Assembly: GCA_037443265.1 (NCBI GenBank)
Contig: JBBIOR010000018.1
Span: forward strand, 1-33,836
Origin: Candidatus Fraserbacteria bacterium
GTDB taxonomy: Bacteria; Bipolaricaulota; Bipolaricaulia; RBG-16-55-9
Length of the DNA: 33,836 nucleotides
Direction of reading: 5' to 3'
Every line of letters starts with the position of its first letter. The first letter of the stretch is position 1. Below are positions 27,068 through 33,836 of the stretch, piece after piece. The translations under genes and the position numbers were made by a program. A model generated the notes under the pieces. The model searched no databases. It was not told the origin of the DNA and worked only from the letters and a program-made list of their open reading frames with translations.

Positions 27068-28064
27068 TCAGGGTTTCTTGAGGAATCCTGGCGGCCAGGG
27101 AAAATCCGCCGGGCAGAGGTCGCCTTTGCCGTTATCGGCAGTTTCATTGTCAAGGCCTTGTATAACCCTTGCCTACTACAGTGATCTGGCTCAGCTCGAC
27201 CAATCCTTGCATGCCAGTGTAGATTTCCATGCCACGGCCATTGCCTATAAAGGAAGACCTCGATACCATGAGTTTTACGCTATGCCCTACCCAGGAAATC
27301 CCGGTCAAGCGATTGCCAGAGAATGTGCTGTCACTAATGTCGATCTCGCTTCCAAAGCCAGCAGTTAAGAGTCCGTGACCGCCATTGCCCGAGATTGTGG
27401 AGTCCTGGAGGGTGATGGAGTCTCCTTCTCTATCGCAACCCCAAACCACCGCTGATCCTCGATTGTTAGCAAGGCGTGAGCGCACAATAGTTAACTTTAC
27501 GCTCGCCCCTTTGAACTCGGGTCCGCTACAGACCAGTCCAGCCCCGTAGCTATCCACGATCTGCAGATCCACTAAGGTAAGAGCCAGTGCCCCTTGGCCA
27601 CGCACCTCTAGTCCATGAGGGCAGATGAACTCCGAGCTCGGCCCCAATGGCGCATAAAAGCAGGGCTGTTCCGCGCTGGCTGGAGGAGCCCCTGCGATCG
27701 TCAGTCCATCGAGTAGCAGCTTCAGCTCCCCTTCCACCTGCAGGGTGATGACTGGCTTGCCTGCTTCGGCCCCTTGCAGGCGCACCAGGTCGCGTCCTGC
27801 CCCCACCAGTCGCAAGCTCTTGCTGATCACCAGGGTCTCGGTGTAGGTTCCCATCTGAATCTGAATCAAGTCTCCTGGGTTGGCAGCGGTTAGGGCTTCT
27901 TGAATCTTGGAGAACTGGCAGAGAGGCGGCCCTTGGGGGCAGACCGACCAGACAGCCGGCAGCGTCGCTTCTTGCTGGTCGTCTTGAGAAAGGGGCCATG
28001 AGGAGACATTCACTCCAGCGAAGGACATCAGTAGTATAAGAGTCAGCTTAAGGTGGCGCATCAT
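27068..28064 (-). pseudogene. secreted right-handed beta-helix protein, copy 3, internally deleted and frameshifted
   Basis: Signal peptide plus VCPQGPPLCQFSKIQEAL from ATG28064; the frame ends at 27150, while the family C-terminus IQGLDNETADNGKGDLCPADFPWPPGFLKKP* lies in another frame (27163-27068). Confidence 0.8.
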
Positions 28065-28083
28065 GCGCGTTCTGCCTGTAGAT

Positions 28084-29319
28084 TTAAGGTGCCTTGATGA
28101 AATTGGGTGGCCAGTTGTAGTCCTCAGGGCACAGATTCCCCTTGCCGTTATCGTGAATTTCATTGTCTTGGCCTTGGATGAAAATGGGAAAAGTGAAAGG
28201 CGGGTCATCCACACAAGGGGAGCGGAATAAGGCGACACCCCACTCTCGGTTCTGCCGGACGATGTTCCTACTCAGCTCAAGAGAGTTGGTGGCTTGGTAG
28301 ACCAGCAAGCCCGAGCCATTCTCTTGAATGAAGTTGTTGCGCAGGCTCATGCGGTTCGCAGTTAAGATCACAAGACCATACTGGCGATTGGCGAAGAAAG
28401 AGGATTCTTCAATGCGCACGACGGAATCTTCTGGCCCTACCCCTAGCAAGAGACTCTCCGTGCCTATGCCGATGTCATTGCCTATGAATCGATTCACGCG
28501 GATCGTCACAGTGCTATCTTTTAGTCCATCGATCGTGGCTCCCCATTGGTTGTGCAGGAACGAGTTGTTCAGTAGGGTGAGCTGTACCTTGCCAGACGGT
28601 ATGACCCTCAGCCCTGTGACATTCCCCAGGAAGCTGCTGTCGATCACGTCGATCACCGCGCCAGGGCTGCTGAAGTTCATGCCGATCAGGTTGCCTGAGA
28701 AGTCGACCTGCTCAACACGGAAGAAGGTCTCTTGAAACCTACAGCTCCAGTTGAATCCTATTCCTCCGTTGGCTGCAACGCGCGAGTTGGTGATCGAAAC
28801 ATAGGCCGAGCCCTGAAAGCGATGGTGAGTTTTGCAGCGAACGCCGTCCACAGCAGCTTGGGTAATATGCACATTCATTAAGCTCAAGACTAAAGATCCT
28901 TGACCAGCAATATAAATCCCGTCAGGACATACCTCTTTGGAATTGGAGCAAGCCGAGTCCCCCCCTTCCGCTGGTGGCCCCCCCAAGATGGTGAGCCCTT
29001 CCAATGTGATACGGAAGTTTTCTTGGACCTCCAGAGTCAGGGTAGGTTGGCCGGGTTGTATTCCCTGGATGCGCACCTGTCCTGCTTCTGTGGCTACCAG
29101 GCGAAGACTCTTGTTAATTTGCAGGTTCTCGCGATAAGTGCCGGCCTGAATGAGAAGGATGTCATCAGAATTGGCGCTATCGATAGCTTCCTGGATCTTG
29201 GAGAATTGGCAGACCGGTGGGCCTTCGGGGCAAATCGTAAGGATCTTAGGCTGCTGGGCTTCCCCGAAGCCACCTAAGAGCATTAGGAAGGTGACAAGTA
29301 AGATGATCCACCGTCTCAT
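28084..29319 (-). CDS. secreted right-handed parallel beta-helix (pectin-lyase-like fold) protein, copy 2
   Basis: Signal peptide MRRWIILL...GEA, ICPEGPPVCQFSKIQEAID, GTYRENL, Asn-ladder repeats, C-terminal NLCPEDYNWPPNF. Confidence 0.85.
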   Translation of the reverse strand: MRRWIILLVTFLMLLGGFGEAQQPKILTICPEGPPVCQFSKIQEAIDSANSDDILLIQAGTYRENLQINKSLRLVATEAGQVRIQGIQPGQPTLTLEVQENFRITLEGLTILGGPPAEGGDSACSNSKEVCPDGIYIAGQGSLVLSLMNVHITQAAVDGVRCKTHHRFQGSAYVSITNSRVAANGGIGFNWSCRFQETFFRVEQVDFSGNLIGMNFSSPGAVIDVIDSSFLGNVTGLRVIPSGKVQLTLLNNSFLHNQWGATIDGLKDSTVTIRVNRFIGNDIGIGTESLLLGVGPEDSVVRIEESSFFANRQYGLVILTANRMSLRNNFIQENGSGLLVYQATNSLELSRNIVRQNREWGVALFRSPCVDDPPFTFPIFIQGQDNEIHDNGKGNLCPEDYNWPPNFIKAP

Positions 29320-29343
29320 GTTCCTCACTCCCCGTCCGCTGTA

Positions 29344-30941
29344 TTAGATCAGACATAACCTTCCTTGACAAGCTGCGGGTATATCTCCGTGTGCGGCGGG
29401 AATCGGGACTTGTAAGGTGGTCGGGGGTGCTGGAGGCTCTGAGGTTGGCGCTACCGCTGCCGTTGGTGAGGGTGGCTCAATCCGACAAGTGGGAAAGCCC
29501 ATGGCTTGGCAGATGCGGAGAGCCTCTGCATCGTCAGTGTCTTTGCTGTAACATGCGATTGAGCCGTCGGATCGGATGATGATGGTAGGAACCCTTGAGA
29601 AGGTCCGGTTACGAACTTGGCCGCAGAGTTGATCTAGAGATCCTTCCTCCGCATTGTCGATGATTTGAATGAGAGACTTCCGGGTTTCAGCACCTGCAAC
29701 CACTCTTGCAATCTGCTGAGCCGCATTTTCAATCTGGCTGATTAGGCGATTTATCTCCTCCACTTTGAGGTAGGGTTCAATAAACCCATAAACTTGGACA
29801 TAGCGGTATACTTGATCACCATTTGGTGATTGAAATGATTTTCCCAAATTTTTATACCCAAAGAAGCTTGGGGCACCGAACCCTGTGTCAAACCTGAGAT
29901 CTTGCCAGCCATTGCTTTGCAACTGGGGATAGATCTGTTGGATGAGCAAGGTAGCTCGTGCAATCGCTTCTAGAGCACCTTCGCCTTCCAAAGAGCCCAT
30001 CCCACCACGTTGAACCGCTTGGTAAGCTGCGGCTGCTAAGTATTGCACTAAAGCGTCGAAATTAGTAACCGTCCCTTTGAACCGATACGCATTCTCGAAG
30101 AGCGTTCGAAGATTGCTGGGGAATGCATACAAGCTGTTCGCGAGCGGCTGTGCTTCCACCAACTTGGCATACGCAAAGATGCCTACCGCACCAAACTGCT
30201 GCATGATCCCCTGCATGAGGGCCGCATCCCCATAGGTTGTCTTGATTGAATGGATGAAGGTGCACACAGCGGTAAGAGCTTCATGCCTGGCCTGTTCCAG
30301 GTCGGTGTGGAGACCGGCATTGACAAGCGTTTGCGCAATGGCATTGATGAAGTTGGTGTAGGCCCTCGATTGATCGGAAGGGATCGGAGGATTGTAGAAG
30401 TTTCTACATTCTACCAGTGAATCGGACCAGATGTACTGGAATGCGTCTGTAACGGCTTGCCGTTCGGCAGCTTGCATCCTTTGCCAGAGATTCCAGAGAT
30501 CTCGCATGGCGTTGATGAAGATGACTGCCAGCGGGTATTGCCATTGCTGGGCTTCTACTTCACCTTCCTCTGCCGTGTTCAAGCGTTGTCCTTCCACAAG
30601 GACTTTATACATTTGCTCCAGTCTCTCAGGCGTCAAATCTTTGGCACCCACTACGAGCAAGCGTCCCTTTGGACCGGACATACCTACGATTCCGCCTAGC
30701 CTTCTCCCCGTTTGAGTTGTTTGCACCGCTTGATTATGGATGGTGGGCGTGTTTCTGGTTGCGCGGTCGAAGGTGACTGCTGGACCTTGGGCGCGGCCTT
30801 CTGCTCCCACTGATAACACAAAGGCTTTGTAAACGGAGCCACCCGCCCATAGTGCTGATAGGGACAGAGATCAAAGGGCGCAAAGCTCAGCTGGCTGCCC
30901 TGCTTCAGTCGCGTGGGCAGAGCACTCACCCGCACCGTCAT
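29344..30941 (-). pseudogene. large Cys-containing protein, module B; 5'-truncated and frameshifted homolog of 32179-33836
   Basis: The ORF at 30941-30696 matches the N-terminal junction of module A (KQGS..CP..YGR..PF); homology continues in the ORF at 30819-29344 (RxTR, GG, TPE, EAQ, GW, EPYL, C..C..RICQ..G..C). Confidence 0.7.
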
Positions 30942-32182
30942 GGGTGGTTTATAACGAAATTGGGGGGCCAGGGGTAATCCTCAGGACACAGGTCTTGTTG
31001 GTTCCCTACCAAGATATTCCCTTCTCCAAATACTTGTAATGCCTGAGAAGCTGAAGTCACAGATATGATTTTGATCCCACAGTCCAGACTTCCTTCTATG
31101 ATGTTCTCTCGCATCTCTAGCAGGGAAGGGGGCTCGTTGGACATAAGGACAGTGATGGCTCGGCGGTTATTTGTAAAGGCATTATCACGAAGGTAGAGAC
31201 GACTTCCTTCACCGACAGAGATGCCCTGAGCGAAGCCCCGAATCTGATTGTTACGGGCTTCTAAGACGGCTTCAGAGGAGGCCGAGAAGATCTGAATTCC
31301 GGTGTTGTGATAGATATCATCCTCAACGCTCTCAAGACCTGGTGGAGGTTCAAAGATATTGTCTAAGAGCACTACCCTGCTACTCGATGAGATGCCCATG
31401 CGAAGGCCAAAGCCGTAGGATTGCAGTGAAAAGCGATTTCCAACGACTAGCACACTGCTGCCGCTGCCTACGCCCAGGGAAGAGAGCTCATTACCTCTAA
31501 ACTCGGCGTGACTGCCCCCAGCAGCTACTAACCCTGAGCTAAAGAAGTATGGACCCTCGGCACCAGCTACACCCACAGGAACATCGAGTCTATTCCCAAA
31601 GAACTCTGCCCACGCTCCATTAACCACTTCGATTGCGCCACCTCCGTATCGCTCATGGGGCAAGACCAGGTCCTCTCTCATGGACAGCCTAGATCTAGGT
31701 CCAAGGACCACGATCGTATTTACCACCCAATCTTGGAAAGTCACTCGCTCGATCGTCACCTCTGCGCTATGAAGCTCACCTGGAAGGACCTGGAGTGCCA
31801 GTTCCGCGAACTTCCATCCGCCAAACTGTGGTGGTTGAGGGGGAATGGGGTTACCTTTGAAAGTGAGGTTTTCGATGCGAATCCCGCGGTTGCGCACCCG
31901 CAGCACCGGCCCATATTCCTCTCGGGCGGTGAGGATCACCTTGTCCCGATCTACACCCTTGATCGTGACAAAGCCGATGTCCACGGTGGCTGCCGTAGGA
32001 TAAGTTCCTGGATGCAAAAGCAGCGTCACGCCCCCCGGATAAGCCGCCTCCAAGGCTGCTTCGAGTGTGGCATACGGACAGCCCTGAGCACAGATCTCCA
32101 GTACTTCTTCCGTGGACCCACCTGCCCCTCTTAGAAGAACAAGAGATCCCATCAGCCACATCAGGCATAAGACTTGTCTCAT
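30938..32182 (-). CDS. secreted right-handed beta-helix protein, copy 1
   Basis: GGAGGTG SD and ATGA overlap with the upstream gene; signal peptide, ICAQGCPYATLEAAL, PGTY, C-terminal DLCPEDYPWPPNF. Confidence 0.85.
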   Translation of the reverse strand: MRQVLCLMWLMGSLVLLRGAGGSTEEVLEICAQGCPYATLEAALEAAYPGGVTLLLHPGTYPTAATVDIGFVTIKGVDRDKVILTAREEYGPVLRVRNRGIRIENLTFKGNPIPPQPPQFGGWKFAELALQVLPGELHSAEVTIERVTFQDWVVNTIVVLGPRSRLSMREDLVLPHERYGGGAIEVVNGAWAEFFGNRLDVPVGVAGAEGPYFFSSGLVAAGGSHAEFRGNELSSLGVGSGSSVLVVGNRFSLQSYGFGLRMGISSSSRVVLLDNIFEPPPGLESVEDDIYHNTGIQIFSASSEAVLEARNNQIRGFAQGISVGEGSRLYLRDNAFTNNRRAITVLMSNEPPSLLEMRENIIEGSLDCGIKIISVTSASQALQVFGEGNILVGNQQDLCPEDYPWPPNFVINHP

Positions 32183-33836
32183 CTGCCTTTCACCTCCAAG
32201 CCCAGCAGTCGAACACCATGAGGATTGGCCTTGGGCCCAGGAGCTGAGATCATATAGTCAGTGAAGTAGCCACCACCACCTCCGCCTTCGACTCCGCTGC
32301 TACATAGCCCTTGCTCTTGGCAGATTCGCTGTGCATCATCATACGAAATGTTGGGCGTATGGCAAACGACTTGTCCTCCTTGGACTACCATAACGGGTGC
32401 ACGCTGGGAAGCATTCTGGACGTACGAGTCGTTGCATACCTGAGTAGGATCTGCCCCGGCTGCCAACTGGCTGATGGAGACGACTACCACACGCCAAGCG
32501 TCCAAGGTTCCTGTCTCATACAAGGTAAAGAGTGATGCGGAGGCGAACGTGATGGCCTGTAATACCCTAGCGATAAGCGTATTTAGATCTCGAGGATTTT
32601 GAGCGAATGACTCCAGGTACGGTTCGAGGATTGTATAAGCAGCTACCTGGCACGTCCCACAGTACTCTAAGCCCGTGATTTGCCTCTTGGCAACCAGATC
32701 AACCCCAATCCCGTTATAGGGCAGACCTCCTCCTATCTCTTGCGTTGGAACTCCAAGCCTCTTGATGACCCAACCGCGCTGGATGAGATCCGAGGCGAGC
32801 TTGAAGGTCCCCAAGGCACGTGTGAGCAGTTCGCGGGCTTGCTCAGCTGGTGGTTCTCCCAAGGCCTTACCTACCAGCCCGGCCAAGAGCACGATGAGCG
32901 CATAGGCATCTGTCACCGCTCGGCTGCCCGGGATCAGACGGGGCAGAAGATCCGCAAAGACTTTGACCATCTGGCTTCCTGAGATCGCTGGATAGCGTGG
33001 ATCTTGAATTACTTGCCCCAGGTAAGCGTCCAACAGGAGAGGCACACTCAAGGCCGTAGATCCCAAGTGGTAAACCGTCACCCCAACATCCAGGTTTTGA
33101 TTCTTGTAGTAGGAGAAGATCTGCTGCAACAGGCTGATAAATTCCGAGTCATCTTTGACGTTTTGAGTTTGAGAGCGATTCGCTGCAAGGATCCCAGCCT
33201 TGATCCATAGCTCCCTGACACCTTGCAAGAATGACTCTAATCTACTGCTTGAGATCACCGCACTTTCCAGACGCGCCCTAAAGTCTGTGGCTTGTTGCAG
33301 CTCTTGAAGGATTCCCAAGAGATTCTGTGACTCTACAGTATCTCTAGAGCTTATCCAGCCAAGAATGCCACTAACAATCACATCGCAGATAGCGCTCGCC
33401 ACCATGGTAGGGACAAGATTGCAGAGCAGGCTGATGTCGAGCCCTTGAGCTTCCAGCCCCTGGGTCCCTAATTCTCCGTTCTGCTGATAGAGCGCTTGGG
33501 CCAGCTCGGGAGTTATAGTCTGGAAGCCAGCGAGCACCAAAGCCCTATCCTTGTTTCTTAAGACAGCCACTCCCCCCTTTGGAAGATTCAAAGTGGTAGT
33601 CAGGACAGCACTGACGGCCGCATAAGAGTTTGCTAGTGTGCGGGTGCTGCGTTCGACCGTCCAGGGCAAGGTCCACCCTTGACAGAGAGCTTTGCCAAAG
33701 GGTTGGATTCTCCCATAGTAGTGGAAGGGGCAGAAGTTGTAATCCAGATTCTGTTTCAGTTCGCTGCCCTGCTTCACCACCGGCTGCACCTCTTTCCGCT
33801 CTGGAGTAGGCCTGACAATCTGCAGCTTGGGCCTCG
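32179..33836 (-). CDS. large hypothetical Cys-containing protein, module A (5' partial; frame open to the window edge)
   Basis: No stop upstream of GTG33789 (RPKLQIVRPTPERKE...). At least 550 aa; homologous to module B along its visible length. Confidence 0.8.
   Translation of the reverse strand, partial: RPKLQIVRPTPERKEVQPVVKQGSELKQNLDYNFCPFHYYGRIQPFGKALCQGWTLPWTVERSTRTLANSYAAVSAVLTTTLNLPKGGVAVLRNKDRALVLAGFQTITPELAQALYQQNGELGTQGLEAQGLDISLLCNLVPTMVASAICDVIVSGILGWISSRDTVESQNLLGILQELQQATDFRARLESAVISSSRLESFLQGVRELWIKAGILAANRSQTQNVKDDSEFISLLQQIFSYYKNQNLDVGVTVYHLGSTALSVPLLLDAYLGQVIQDPRYPAISGSQMVKVFADLLPRLIPGSRAVTDAYALIVLLAGLVGKALGEPPAEQARELLTRALGTFKLASDLIQRGWVIKRLGVPTQEIGGGLPYNGIGVDLVAKRQITGLEYCGTCQVAAYTILEPYLESFAQNPRDLNTLIARVLQAITFASASLFTLYETGTLDAWRVVVVSISQLAAGADPTQVCNDSYVQNASQRAPVMVVQGGQVVCHTPNISYDDAQRICQEQGLCSSGVEGGGGGGYFTDYMISAPGPKANPHGVRLLGLEVKGR

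Noticed and set aside
27003..27368. 121-aa plus-strand ORF
   Set aside because: Antisense to the beta-helix pseudogene, with no recognisable motifs.
28065..28238. N-terminal extension of the 362-aa ORF
   Set aside because: It overlaps the end of beta-helix copy 2; the signal peptide starts at ATG28064.
26900..33836. Prophage, IS or DGR explanation for the accessory array
   Set aside because: No integrase, transposase, reverse transcriptase, phage gene or near-identical TR/VR repeat pair is visible within the window.

Overview
Bacterial chromosomal window, high GC over most of its length. The lineage is probably Candidatus Bipolaricaulota/Acetothermia-like; this is an inference from gene content, not shown directly. 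Positions 1-26.9 kb are mainly housekeeping and metabolic genes: a small RHH regulator, rpe, a CPBP protease, a DUF4015-like glycoside hydrolase, a three-gene split glutamate-synthase-like cluster with two FMN-barrel paralogs, an ArcE/COG2403 arginine-synthetase-like P-loop enzyme, greA, then mutS2-subtilase-tatC-efp-asp23-amaP-DUF2273-nusB-folD-hutI-ispE, cmk-plsC-ispH-rpsA-plsY, and yicC followed by an archaeal-type NMP kinase. Positions ~27.0-33.8 kb are a lower-GC, minus-strand accessory array of repeated modules, each a large Cys-containing protein followed by signal-peptide beta-helix partner(s). The second large gene starts at a conserved homology junction and is frameshifted, and the last partner is internally deleted, an architecture resembling polymorphic toxin loci with orphan cassettes. 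Other notable signals: repeated leaderless promoter-start architecture, a subtilase with a membrane hairpin/lipobox-like insertion, an EF-P with a Gln tip loop, and ispH and rpsA in frame and separated only by TAA. No rRNA, tRNA, CRISPR array or transposase was recognised.
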